This document shows, in pieces, positions 8,280 through 17,237 of a DNA stretch of 34,826 nucleotides (position 1 is its first letter; every line of letters begins with the position of its first letter). A program made the position numbers and the translations under genes. Under the pieces are notes generated by a model that saw only the letters and a program-made list of their open reading frames with translations, made no database searches and was not told the origin of the DNA. The stretch comes from a virus (Duplodnaviria > Caudoviricetes). The stretch lies in IMG/VR virus record IMGVR_UViG_3300033067_001086, positions 1-34,826 of that record; one strand, written 5' to 3'.

Positions 8280-8431
8280 TCGCGCAAACCTTCCGCTGCG
8301 GCCATCCCCGCACGCCTGAAAACAGCCGCGACGGCGATATCGGCCCGCGCTGCGCAACCTGCCGGCGCGCCTTGGAGCGCAGGGCATCGCAGGCTTACCG
8401 GTTGCGTAAGGCGGGGAGGATCTCGGCGTGA
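8276..8431 (+). CDS. Small CGH...RCATC zinc-finger protein
   Basis: VIAQTFRCGHPRTPENS...RCATCRR; GGAGG RBS, GTGA overlaps. Confidence 0.65.
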   Translation: MIAQTFRCGHPRTPENSRDGDIGPRCATCRRALERRASQAYRLRKAGRISA

Positions 8432-9942
8432 TGGCGGACGTTATTCCTATCGGCGGCAATTCAATGCCGAGCCTCACCAACATTGAAGCAGAACAGGCGC
8501 TGCTGGGAGCGTGCCTGAATAACAGCGACATCGCGGCCGACCTGCGATGCAGGGCCGCCGACTTCTCCGAACCTTTGCATTCTCGCATTTTCGACGCGCT
8601 GCACACGGCCGCCAGTCAAGGGCGCAGATCGGGCGCACTTTTGATAAGGCCGCTGTTCGAGCAAGACCCTGATATCGAAGCTGTCGGCGGCGTGGTTTAT
8701 CTCGCCCAGTTGTGCAATTGCGACGTCGGCATGGTCGATGCCCTGGCCGATCAAATCGCCGACCTCGCCCATCGCCGGCGCTTGCTAGCGGCGTTCGCCG
8801 AGGCGCAGGTTCAACTGGTCAACACCAGCGAAGAAGCGCCAAGCGCGATCGAGATCGTCGCGCGGGCCATCGAACCCATACAGTCGCTAAACACGGGCGG
8901 CACTTTCGATCTTCTGTCAATCGCCGAACTGGAACAAATGCCGCCGCCGGAATGGCTGGTGCATGGCATGATCGGCGCGGAGTCATTGTCCATCATCTAT
9001 GGCGATCCCGGAGCCGGGAAGTCGTTTGTCACGCTCGACATGGCATTGCGGCTGTCCCTTGGTATGGACTGGCACGGCATCCGCACGAAGCCGGTCGGCG
9101 TGCTATACATCGCCGGGGAAGGCGCGCGGGGTATCGGAAAGCGCATCACCGGATGGCGGCTCAAGCATGGTGTGAGTTTGCACGATGCGCGCTTCATGCT
9201 GTTGCCGGTCGCGGTGCAGTTCATGGATGATGCTGAACTCGCCAAGCTCATTCGCACGATAGACGAGGCCAAGCGCCGCCTGAATTTCGATATCGGCCTG
9301 ATTGTGATTGACACCGTGAGCCGAGCGATTGCCGGCGTCGATGAGAACATGCAGGACACCATGAGCCGCTTTGTCGCGGCCTGTGATCGTGTCCGCCAAC
9401 ATGCTGGTGGAGCCAGTATCGGCGTCCACCACAGCGGCAAGGATAAGGACCGTGGTATGCGTGGGTCGTCGGTGCTGCTTGGCGCTTGTGACGCAGCAAT
9501 CCGTCTCACGAAGGACCATGGCATCGCCACCCTTGCGATCGAGAAGCAGAAGGATGCCGAAGAAGGCGAACCTATCTATTTCGAGCTTGAGAAATATACC
9601 TGGTCGGAAGGCACGCCAAGCGCCCCGGGCGAGGACATAACGACGCTTGTGCCTGTAAGGTCATCTGCGCCGAATGGCGGAGGTATCAGCCGTGATTGGA
9701 TAGCCCAGGCATTCGGCATTTTGGTTGATGCATGGATGTCTAAGAGGCCGCTTTCCAACAAGCCACAGACGAAAGGTGATGGCCGTTTCGCACCCGCAAT
9801 CTTCGCCCGGAAGATCGGCGGTCATGCGGAAGAATGGGCCGATCAAATCGCCGTCTGGCTGGAGAACGGAAACATCGAAATTGAAGTCGCCGACACCGAC
9901 AGCAAACTGAAGGGGCTGCGCGTCATTGACGCCATCACATGA
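8428..9942 (+). CDS. Replicative helicase: DnaB-like N-terminal domain plus AAA_25/RepA-type ATPase
   Basis: NIEAEQALLGACL..DF..PLH..IF; GDPGAGKS; VLYIAGEG; LIVIDT; HHSGKD...RGSS. Confidence 0.85.
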   Translation: MMADVIPIGGNSMPSLTNIEAEQALLGACLNNSDIAADLRCRAADFSEPLHSRIFDALHTAASQGRRSGALLIRPLFEQDPDIEAVGGVVYLAQLCNCDVGMVDALADQIADLAHRRRLLAAFAEAQVQLVNTSEEAPSAIEIVARAIEPIQSLNTGGTFDLLSIAELEQMPPPEWLVHGMIGAESLSIIYGDPGAGKSFVTLDMALRLSLGMDWHGIRTKPVGVLYIAGEGARGIGKRITGWRLKHGVSLHDARFMLLPVAVQFMDDAELAKLIRTIDEAKRRLNFDIGLIVIDTVSRAIAGVDENMQDTMSRFVAACDRVRQHAGGASIGVHHSGKDKDRGMRGSSVLLGACDAAIRLTKDHGIATLAIEKQKDAEEGEPIYFELEKYTWSEGTPSAPGEDITTLVPVRSSAPNGGGISRDWIAQAFGILVDAWMSKRPLSNKPQTKGDGRFAPAIFARKIGGHAEEWADQIAVWLENGNIEIEVADTDSKLKGLRVIDAIT

Positions 9943-9944
9943 GC

Positions 9945-10087
9945 TTACGGAAGTCTGCCGGATGTTACGGAAGTTACGGAAGTAGTATAGTTAAGTCTTT
10001 GAAATCATTGACCGGAAGTTTGAACGGAAGTTACGGAAGTCGTATGGCTAAGCTATTGAAAAATATACGGAGGTTCTGTTACGGAAC
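9945..10087. repeat. Iteron-like (TT)ACGGAAGT array, putative replication origin
   Basis: About 8 copies of (A)CGGA(A/G) in an AT-rich block; two modules 57 bp apart, each ending TAAGNNNTTGAAA. Confidence 0.65.
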
Positions 10088-10289
10088 TGTTCCCCTCTTA
10101 CGAGGGGGTTTCGCCCTTGGCGGACGAACCCCCACGACGAGGGTGAGGCGCGCGCATTTGGAGCACTGCACCCCATGATCACGATCACCAAGCACGCCAT
10201 GGAACGCGCAACCAAGGGGGCCGCATGAGCAGCCGCACTCGCCCTTAGTCAGTTTATCAACCGCCGCAGAACAAAGGGGAATCAGCCGA

Positions 10290-10862
10290 ATGACCAAGGT
10301 CAGGCGCAAAGCAAAGCGCGCTAACCCGTTCGATGGCCTCACCCCCACGCCGGAACAGGCACCGGCGTTTGCCGAAACATGGCAGATCGCCGATGGCAAG
10401 CGCGCCCGCGCCTATCGCCGCATTGCCGTGATCGACGACATGCACGCCAAGGGTAAGATCTCCCTGCGCCAGTTCGCCGCGCTCGCCCGGTATCGTGACC
10501 TTGCGACCGCAGTGGACGCCAGCCCGCGCCGGGACAGCCTTGACGCGGCATTGCATGGAGGCGGGGGCGGTTCGCTTGGGCTGCCCCCCGGCATGGCCAT
10601 GATGCGCCTTGGCGGCGACTGGGAAAGCGAATTGCACTGGCTGGAGCGCGAGCTGGGCCAGTTGCTCCACATCGCCCGCGCCATAGCGGTTGACGACATG
10701 ACCGTTGCGCAATGGGCCATGCGATCCGGCACAATCGAGCGCCGCCGCGCCACAGCCAAGGGCACGGTTACATGGATCGAGCCGCGCCGGCAGGCAATGA
10801 AGATCGCTCTCGCCGACATTCGCATGGCGGGGGAGCGTTTGGCGGCGGCTATTGACAACTAG
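10290..10862 (+). CDS. Putative late-gene regulator (Q-position protein)
   Basis: Last early gene before promoter/terminator and terminase; IDDMHAKGKISLRQFAAL.RY pattern; function inferred from position. Confidence 0.55.
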   Translation: MTKVRRKAKRANPFDGLTPTPEQAPAFAETWQIADGKRARAYRRIAVIDDMHAKGKISLRQFAALARYRDLATAVDASPRRDSLDAALHGGGGGSLGLPPGMAMMRLGGDWESELHWLERELGQLLHIARAIAVDDMTVAQWAMRSGTIERRRATAKGTVTWIEPRRQAMKIALADIRMAGERLAAAIDN

Positions 10863-10885
10863 ACGGGACTGTGCGTCTATTCGGT
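10852..10885 (+). promoter_or_regulatory. Putative late promoter
   Basis: TTGACA at 10852-10857 with CTAT-containing -10 region about 17 bp downstream. Confidence 0.45.
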
Positions 10886-10901
10886 TAATGGTTTGAGTTG
10901 C

Positions 10902-10931
10902 GCCCGCGCCGGAAACGGTTGCGGGCTTTTT
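10902..10931 (+). terminator. Intrinsic terminator (tR'-like)
   Basis: GCCCGC-GCCG-GAAA-CGGT-T-GCGGGC-TTTTT. Confidence 0.75.
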
Positions 10932-11046
10932 CGTATCAGGCATGTCCTCTCATGCCTGCCAGCGCCCCGATCCCGAACAGCAACGCAGCCGCCCTCTCCC
11001 GGCAAGCGTGGATACGTGCGGCGCTGGCGAAATTCAGGAGGCGCAC

Positions 11047-11172
11047 ATGAGCCTTTACGCTTTTGCCGCTGTGGTGGGCGTAGTTGCTCTTATCGGTGCC
11101 GCCATAGCCGGGGCCACTGTGGCCTACCTTGTGCTGACCGCCTTTGACTGGCTCGGCCGGGGCGACTGGTAA
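11047..11172 (+). CDS. 41-aa hydrophobic membrane peptide
   Basis: AGGAGG then MSLYAFAAVVGVVALIGAAIAGATVAYLVLTAFDWLGRGDW. Confidence 0.65.
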   Translation: MSLYAFAAVVGVVALIGAAIAGATVAYLVLTAFDWLGRGDW

Positions 11173-11205
11173 CTTTCATTCGACCAACCGCAAGGAGTCG
11201 AGACA

Positions 11206-11448
11206 ATGGCAGCCCGTAAGCTGCGCCCATTTCACACAGACGAAATTCGCGCAAAGATTCAAGCCAGTCAGTTGGTAAATCGCCTTACAGATCATGTGTT
11301 TGGCAAAATCGAACTGACGCCCGCGCAAGTGGCATCGGCAAAAATCCTGCTAGGCAAGTCCGTGCCCGACCTTAGCGCGGTGCAGTTGAGCGGAAACGGG
11401 GAAGACGGTCAACACGTTCACGAAGTCGTCTGGCGGCGTGCAGGTTGA
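11206..11448 (+). CDS. terS: Terminase small subunit (putative)
   Basis: AAGGAG RBS; small basic protein (KILLGKSVPDL) overlapping terL. Confidence 0.7.
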   Translation: MAARKLRPFHTDEIRAKIQASQLVNRLTDHVFGKIELTPAQVASAKILLGKSVPDLSAVQLSGNGEDGQHVHEVVWRRAG

Positions 11449-12703
11449 TTACGCGCCGGTCTTTGACCCGCTGCTAGACCCGGCCCGCTACAAGGGGGCA
11501 TACGGCGGACGCGGAAGCGGAAAGAGCCAGTTCTTCGCTGACCTGATGGTGGCAACGGCCATCCGCAAGCCGGGCTTTCGCGGACTGTGCTGCCGCGAGG
11601 TCCAGAAGTCGCTGAAGGAATCGGCCAAGCGCCTGATCGAAAGCAAGATCGAGGCAAACAACCTTGGCCACATGTTTGACGTTCAGGAAGCCCAGATCAA
11701 GACACCCGGCGGCGGGCTTATCGTCTTCGCTGGTTTGCAGGATCACACAAGCGAGAGTATCAAGTCTTACGAAGGCTTTGATGTCGCATGGGTCGAGGAA
11801 GCGCAGACGGTATCTGACCGCAGCTTGAACCTGTTGCGCCCGACGATCCGCGCGCCCGGTTCGGAACTGTGGTTTAGCTGGAATCCTCGCCGGGCGACCG
11901 ATGCGGTTGACCAGATGTTGCGCGGCGATGAACTGCCAACCAACGCTCTGGTTGTCCGGGCCAACTGGAACGACAATCCTTGGTTTCCGGCAGAGCTGGA
12001 GCAGGAGCGGCAAGACTGCCTGAGGCAGCAGCCAGACCAGTATCAGCACATCTGGGAAGGCGATTACGTCACTGTGTCGAGCGGAGCCTACTTCGCCCGG
12101 CATCTGGCAGCAGCACGGCAGGAAGGGCGCTTAACCGAACTGCCGGTCAACCCCACGCTGGGGCTCAGGGCCTATTGGGACATCGGCGTAAGGGACGCGA
12201 CGGCCATCTGGATCGTGCAGTTCCACGGCCACAAAGTTCATGTGCTGGATTACTACGAGGCGGTTGGGCAGGACTTGGCAACGCACCTGAATTGGCTGCG
12301 AGCCAATGGGTATGAAACGGCTGAGTGTATCTTGCCGCATGACGGCGCGAAGGCGGATGCGGTCACAGCCACGCGGTTCGAGGATCATATCAGGGCAGCG
12401 GGTTTCCGGGTTCGCACGATCCCCAACCAAGGGCGCGGCGCTGCGATCAAGCGCATCGAGGCGGCAAGAAAGCTGTTTCCGTCGATATGGTTCGATGGTG
12501 CCAAGTGTGAAGGCGGATTGGCTGCCTTGGGCTGGTATCACGAAAAGCGCGACGATAACCGCAATATCGGTCTTGGGCCTGAACACGATTGGGCATCGCA
12601 TGGGGCCGATGCGTTCGGGCTTATGTGCTGCGATTACGAAGAGCCGCGCGCTGCGGTGAAGCCGGTGCATCGTCACTACAGGCAAGGAGGGTGGATGAGA
12701 TGA
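11438..12703 (+). CDS. terL: Terminase large subunit (PBSX/Terminase_3 type)
   Basis: YGGRGSGKS, CCREVQKSL..S, IKSYEGFDVAWVEEA, SWNP, WDIG, HGADAF. Confidence 0.95.
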   Translation: MQVDYAPVFDPLLDPARYKGAYGGRGSGKSQFFADLMVATAIRKPGFRGLCCREVQKSLKESAKRLIESKIEANNLGHMFDVQEAQIKTPGGGLIVFAGLQDHTSESIKSYEGFDVAWVEEAQTVSDRSLNLLRPTIRAPGSELWFSWNPRRATDAVDQMLRGDELPTNALVVRANWNDNPWFPAELEQERQDCLRQQPDQYQHIWEGDYVTVSSGAYFARHLAAARQEGRLTELPVNPTLGLRAYWDIGVRDATAIWIVQFHGHKVHVLDYYEAVGQDLATHLNWLRANGYETAECILPHDGAKADAVTATRFEDHIRAAGFRVRTIPNQGRGAAIKRIEAARKLFPSIWFDGAKCEGGLAALGWYHEKRDDNRNIGLGPEHDWASHGADAFGLMCCDYEEPRAAVKPVHRHYRQGGWMR

Positions 12704-12789
12704 CCACAACCACACTGCCCAAGCCGATGACAGAGCGCGACTGGTGGCTTTTGCGATCCAATGGCGCGGGGACGACTGAACAGCGATGA
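12700..12789 (+). CDS. 29-aa mini-ORF between terL and portal
   Basis: AAGGAGG RBS; ATGA overlap with both neighbours; MTTTTLPKPMTERDWWLLRSNGAGTTEQR. Confidence 0.5.
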   Translation: MTTTTLPKPMTERDWWLLRSNGAGTTEQR

Positions 12790-14783
12790 CCGACGAAGAC
12801 GGCGACGAAGACTTCCTGGCCGAAGTCCGGGAGAAGTACAAACGCGCCTCCGATACGGCCTCTGACAATCACGACGCATGGCGCGATGACGTGCGCTTTG
12901 CCCGGCTTAACGAGCAATGGCCGGATGAGATCAAGCGGCAGCGCGAGGAAGACGGACGCCCCTGCCTTGTCATCCCCCGCTTGCAGGCGTTCATCCGGCA
13001 GGTTGTCAACGAGGCGCGCCAGAACCGGCCTGCGATTACGGTTGTTCCCGCTGACAGCAATGCGGACGTGGAAACCGCAAAGATCATGTCGGGCCTTATC
13101 CGAAATATCGAAGTGTCGAGCGATGCGGATGTGGCTTACGACACGGCGGCGGATGCGGCCATTTCGGGCGGGTTTGGCTATTTCCGGATCAACACGGCCT
13201 ATACCAGCGATGACACGTTCGACCAGGACTTGGTAATCGAGCGCATTGCTGATCCCTTGACGGTTTTTCCCGATCCCGACAGCGATAGTGTCGATGGCAG
13301 CGATTGGAATTGCTGCTTTGTCTCTACCGTCCTGACCAAGGATGACTTCGCCGCGAAGTACAAGGGCAAGGACGCGGTGGATTGGGATGACCTGGGCTAT
13401 ACCAAGCTTGATGCGCCGTGGCACGATACCGAGCATGTCATGGTGGCGGAATACTGGCACCGGGAGGACGTGGAAAGCCAGATTATCGCGCTGTCGAATG
13501 GCACAGTCGTCTCACTGGACGAATACAAGCAATCGGCGGAACTGTTTGCCGGGCTGGGTATCGAGCCGGTGGGCGAGCCGCGCACGGTCAAGAGCAAGAA
13601 GGTTGTTCAATACGTCCTGTCAGGTGCGGAAGTGCTGGAAACGGTCGAATGGCCTGGCAAGTATATTCCGATTGTCCCGGTATATGGCGACGAAGTGGTT
13701 TGCGACGGCAAGCGCACCTACAAAAGCCTTATTCGGGACGCCAAGGACGCACAGCGCGAGCATAACTACTGGCGATCGATGGCGGCGGAAACCATCGCCC
13801 TTGCTCCCAAGGTTCCGTTTATCGGCCCTGAGGGCGCGTTCGATGGCGATGTCGAGAAGTGGTCAACCGCCAATGATGCCAGCCACGCCTTCATAAGCTA
13901 CAAGGGGCAGATACCGCCACAGCGCCAGCCTTTTGCCGGGCCTTCGGCGGGCGAACTGCAACAGGCCATTGCGGCGATTGATGACATGAAGGCCATCATG
14001 GGCATCTATGATGCCTCATTGGGCCAGCGGTCGAATGAAACCAGCGGCGTCGCGATCCGGCAGCGCCAGCGGCAGGGCGATGTTGCCACTTACCATTTCA
14101 TTGATAACCTCTCGCGTTCGATCCGGCAGGCGGGGCGCATCCTGCTGGACCTGATCCCGAAGGTTTACAGCACTGCCCGCGTTATTCGCATTCTGGGCGA
14201 GGACATGGAGCCGCAGAATGTCCAGGTTGAGCCGGGTGCGTCGCAGATGCCCCCCGGCATGGAACAGGCGCAGGAAATTCAGCGCATCTATGATTTGACG
14301 GCGGGCAAGTATGACCTTGTTGTCAAGGCTGGACCTTCGTTCGGCACGCAGAGGGAGGAAACGCGGGCGGAACTGGTCGAGGTCATTCGCGCCTTTCCCG
14401 CAGCCGCGCCGGTCCTTGGCCCGATGTATCTGCGCAACTCCGATTGGCCCGGAGCCGACGAAGCGGCGGACAAGCTGGAAAGCATGTCTGCGCCGCAGCA
14501 GGGCGTGCCGCCGGAACAGGTGCAGCAGCAGATGGGCCAGATGCAGCAGGCACTACAGGCCGGGCAGCAAAAGCTACAGGAACTGATGGCCGAAAACGAG
14601 GCGCTTAAGCAGCAATGGGCGCTGAAAAATCGCGAACTGGACATCAAGGAACAAGAGGCCGCGACGAAGGCCCACGAAGTCAAGGTAAAGGAACTGTCGG
14701 CGCTGATGAGCGCGCAGCAACCCCAAGCCATGACGGCCCCGCAAGGGGAACCCCCTGCCAGCAACCCGATGGGACTGGCCTAA
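12786..14783 (+). CDS. P22-like portal protein
   Basis: 665 aa; QWP...R...RPCL, GGFGYFRI, YIPIVPVYG, NETSGVAI; Gln-rich C-terminal coiled coil (barrel). Confidence 0.92.
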   Translation: MTDEDGDEDFLAEVREKYKRASDTASDNHDAWRDDVRFARLNEQWPDEIKRQREEDGRPCLVIPRLQAFIRQVVNEARQNRPAITVVPADSNADVETAKIMSGLIRNIEVSSDADVAYDTAADAAISGGFGYFRINTAYTSDDTFDQDLVIERIADPLTVFPDPDSDSVDGSDWNCCFVSTVLTKDDFAAKYKGKDAVDWDDLGYTKLDAPWHDTEHVMVAEYWHREDVESQIIALSNGTVVSLDEYKQSAELFAGLGIEPVGEPRTVKSKKVVQYVLSGAEVLETVEWPGKYIPIVPVYGDEVVCDGKRTYKSLIRDAKDAQREHNYWRSMAAETIALAPKVPFIGPEGAFDGDVEKWSTANDASHAFISYKGQIPPQRQPFAGPSAGELQQAIAAIDDMKAIMGIYDASLGQRSNETSGVAIRQRQRQGDVATYHFIDNLSRSIRQAGRILLDLIPKVYSTARVIRILGEDMEPQNVQVEPGASQMPPGMEQAQEIQRIYDLTAGKYDLVVKAGPSFGTQREETRAELVEVIRAFPAAAPVLGPMYLRNSDWPGADEAADKLESMSAPQQGVPPEQVQQQMGQMQQALQAGQQKLQELMAENEALKQQWALKNRELDIKEQEAATKAHEVKVKELSALMSAQQPQAMTAPQGEPPASNPMGLA

Positions 14784-14785
14784 CC

Positions 14786-14807
14786 GCCCACGCCGTGAGG
14801 CGTCGGC
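14786..14807 (+). promoter_or_regulatory. GNRA hairpin in scaffold leader
   Basis: GCCCACGCC-GTGA-GGCGTCGGC; 21/22 identical to 15742-15763. Confidence 0.65.
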
Positions 14808-14828
14808 TTTCTCACAGAAAGACCCATA

Positions 14829-15731
14829 ATGGACGACGAGACCAATCTGGAGGCCCAGGAGGCCCCGGAAGTCGAGGCCCTGCCCGAAGTCGAGGACACG
14901 GAAACCGAGGCAAAAGAACCCGAACTGGACGAGGACGGCAATCCTATCGAGGAAGCCGATCCGGAACCGGAAGAGGACTTTGCCGAGATCGTCAAGGACG
15001 GCAAGGCTTACAAAGTCCCCGCTGCACTCAAAGACGAAATCTTGATGCAAGTGGATTACACCCGCAAGACGCAGGAACTGGCGGACACCCGGCGACAGGT
15101 CGAAGCTACTCTGGCGCAGGTCCAGCAGGTGACGCAGGCTGAAATTCAGTCAGCGGCGGCAATCAGTGCCATCGACGCGCAGATTGCGGACTTCAACACG
15201 ATTGATTGGGACACTTGGGAAGAAACCGACCCAATGGCAGCCCAACGCGCATGGCGGCAGTTCCAGCAGGTGAAAGACGCCCGCTTGAATGCCATCGCGC
15301 AATACCAGCAGGCATCGCAGCAACGTACATTCGTCCAGCAGCAGGAAACTGCCAGGCTGATCGAACAGGGCCAGCGCGAGCTTGCGGCGAAAATTCCCGG
15401 TTGGGGACAGGAAAAGGCTCAGGCTCTCCAGAACCACGCCATGCAGTCCTACGGATTCTCCTACGAGGAGTTGACCGGGTTTGACAGGAACACGGGCCGC
15501 AAAATCGGCCCCGGGATCGTCGATCACCGGATGATCCAGGTGCTGCACGATGCCTACCAGTTCCGGCAGGCGTCGAAGAAACAGCAAGTCGCACGCAAAG
15601 TGGAAGTTCAGCAATCGGTCAAGCCTGCCGCCAAGGTCACAACGGGCAATGCGCCCCCGCGTGGCTTGGATGACAGGTTGAGCGTCGATGAATGGGCCAA
15701 GCGATTCAACGAGCGACGGGCAAAACGCTAA
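14829..15731 (+). CDS. Scaffolding protein
   Basis: Acidic N-terminus, DYTRKTQELA motif, basic C-terminus, between portal and coat. Confidence 0.85.
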   Translation: MDDETNLEAQEAPEVEALPEVEDTETEAKEPELDEDGNPIEEADPEPEEDFAEIVKDGKAYKVPAALKDEILMQVDYTRKTQELADTRRQVEATLAQVQQVTQAEIQSAAAISAIDAQIADFNTIDWDTWEETDPMAAQRAWRQFQQVKDARLNAIAQYQQASQQRTFVQQQETARLIEQGQRELAAKIPGWGQEKAQALQNHAMQSYGFSYEELTGFDRNTGRKIGPGIVDHRMIQVLHDAYQFRQASKKQQVARKVEVQQSVKPAAKVTTGNAPPRGLDDRLSVDEWAKRFNERRAKR

Positions 15732-15741
15732 CCCTCGAATA

Positions 15742-15763
15742 GCCCACGCCGGGAGGCGTCGGC
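15742..15763 (+). promoter_or_regulatory. GNRA hairpin in coat leader
   Basis: GCCCACGCC-GGGA-GGCGTCGGC. Confidence 0.65.
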
Positions 15764-15787
15764 ATTCCCTTAGATGGATTTTTTCCC

Positions 15788-16975
15788 ATGGCCTCTAACA
15801 TTCTGACTGATGTCAAAATCACGCGGGCGGCGCTTGCCATCCTGCACCAGAAGCTGAACTTCATCTCGACGATCAATCGTCAGTACGATGACAGCTTTGC
15901 CAAGTCCGGCGCGAAGATCGGCGATAGCCTCAAGATTCGTATGCCGAACCAGTACACCGTCACGACCGGCAAGACGCTGGATGTGCAGGATACGGTCGAA
16001 AGCAGCCAGACCCTCACGGTTGCCACGCAGAAGGGCGTTCACACGACCTTTTCAAGCGCGGAGCTTACCTTGAGCCTGGATGACTTCAGCGACCGCATTC
16101 TTGAGCCTGCAATGGCAACGCTGGCTGCGGCCATCGAAGCCGATGCCATGACCATGTTCAAGGACGTTTACAATTCGGTCTACGGCAGCGGAATCACCTA
16201 CGCGGACGTTCTGGCCGGGCGCGTGCTCATGCAGCGCGGCCTTGCCCCGCTGAACAACCGCACGGCCAACATGACCCCGCAGGACATGGCGGACCTTGTG
16301 GCTGACACGAAGACGCTGTTCAACGACCAGGCGCAGCTCTCCAAGCAGTACAAGGAAGGCTACATGGGACGGGCCGCTGGCTTCGACTTCATGGAAAACA
16401 CGCTCTGGCCGAACTTCACGACCGGCGGCGAAAACGGCTCCTATGTGGTCAACACCTCGACCGGCATTACCTCCGGTTCGGCTACCGTTGCCGTTACCGG
16501 CGGTTCCGGCACTCTGGTGGCGGGCGATGTCATTACCATTGATGGCGTCTATTCGGTTCACCCCGAAACCAAGACCTCGACCGGCGTCTTGCAGCAATTC
16601 GTCGTGACTGCGGCTTATTCCGGCGGCAATGGCAACATCACCGTTTCGCCGACTCCGGTGACCTCGGGTGCTACCCAGAATGTGACCATCGTGTCGGCGG
16701 GTGCCAGCAAGGCTGTCGCGGTCGGTGGCACGGCTTCGACCGCCTACACCACGTCGCTGTTGTATCAGCAGGACGCATTCACCTTCGTGACTGCGGACCT
16801 TGTGATGCCGCAGGGCGTGGACATGGCGCGCCGCGAAGTCATGGACGGCATCTCGCTCCGCCTTGTCCGGGATTATGACATCAACAATGACATGTTCCCG
16901 TGCAGGATAGAATGCCTCTACGGCTACAAGACGCTGCGTCCGCAGTTCGCCACCCGTCACCACTACACCCCGTAA
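15788..16975 (+). CDS. P22 gp5-like major capsid protein
   Basis: INRQYDDSF...GAKIGDSLKIR.P, ELTLSLDDFS.RILEPAM, GDVITIDGV..V, RIECLYGYKTLRP. Confidence 0.93.
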   Translation: MASNILTDVKITRAALAILHQKLNFISTINRQYDDSFAKSGAKIGDSLKIRMPNQYTVTTGKTLDVQDTVESSQTLTVATQKGVHTTFSSAELTLSLDDFSDRILEPAMATLAAAIEADAMTMFKDVYNSVYGSGITYADVLAGRVLMQRGLAPLNNRTANMTPQDMADLVADTKTLFNDQAQLSKQYKEGYMGRAAGFDFMENTLWPNFTTGGENGSYVVNTSTGITSGSATVAVTGGSGTLVAGDVITIDGVYSVHPETKTSTGVLQQFVVTAAYSGGNGNITVSPTPVTSGATQNVTIVSAGASKAVAVGGTASTAYTTSLLYQQDAFTFVTADLVMPQGVDMARREVMDGISLRLVRDYDINNDMFPCRIECLYGYKTLRPQFATRHHYTP

Positions 16976-16981
16976 CCAACA

Positions 16982-17011
16982 GGGGCCGGGTAACACCGGC
17001 CCCGCCTCTTT
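16982..17011 (+). terminator. Hairpin after coat gene (weak terminator or mRNA stabiliser)
   Basis: GGGGCCGG-GTAACA-CCGGCCCC followed by GCCTCTTT. Confidence 0.5.
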
Positions 17012-17027
17012 GTGAAAGGATACAGCA

Positions 17028-17237
17028 ATGGCTGTTGAATATCTCGGCACCGGCAATGATGACGGTGTTTTGCTTGGGCGTTCCTCGACGGACAAGATCG
17101 GCTTTTACGGCCTCACCACTCCGATCGCGCGCGGTGCAGCGGTTACGACCCTTGCGACCACGCCGACCGCCACGGATATTGCCACGGCGGTCAATTCGAT
17201 CATCTCGCGCTTGCAGGCTCTGAACCTCATTGCGTGA
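17028..17237 (+). CDS. Small Thr/Ala-rich virion protein (head decoration-like)
   Basis: AAGGA RBS; KIGFYG.TP and INSIISRLQALNLIA-like C-terminus; directly after coat. Confidence 0.7.
   Translation: MAVEYLGTGNDDGVLLGRSSTDKIGFYGLTTPIARGAAVTTLATTPTATDIATAVNSIISRLQALNLIA

Noticed and set aside
9939-10178. 79-aa ORF with YGS repeats
   Set aside because: Best explained as translation of the AT-rich iteron array; not fully excluded
16964-17030. Frameshift or readthrough extension of the coat protein
   Set aside because: Ends CCG TAA rather than CCC TAA; the +1 frame stops at a TGA before 17028 and the -1 frame does not join that gene
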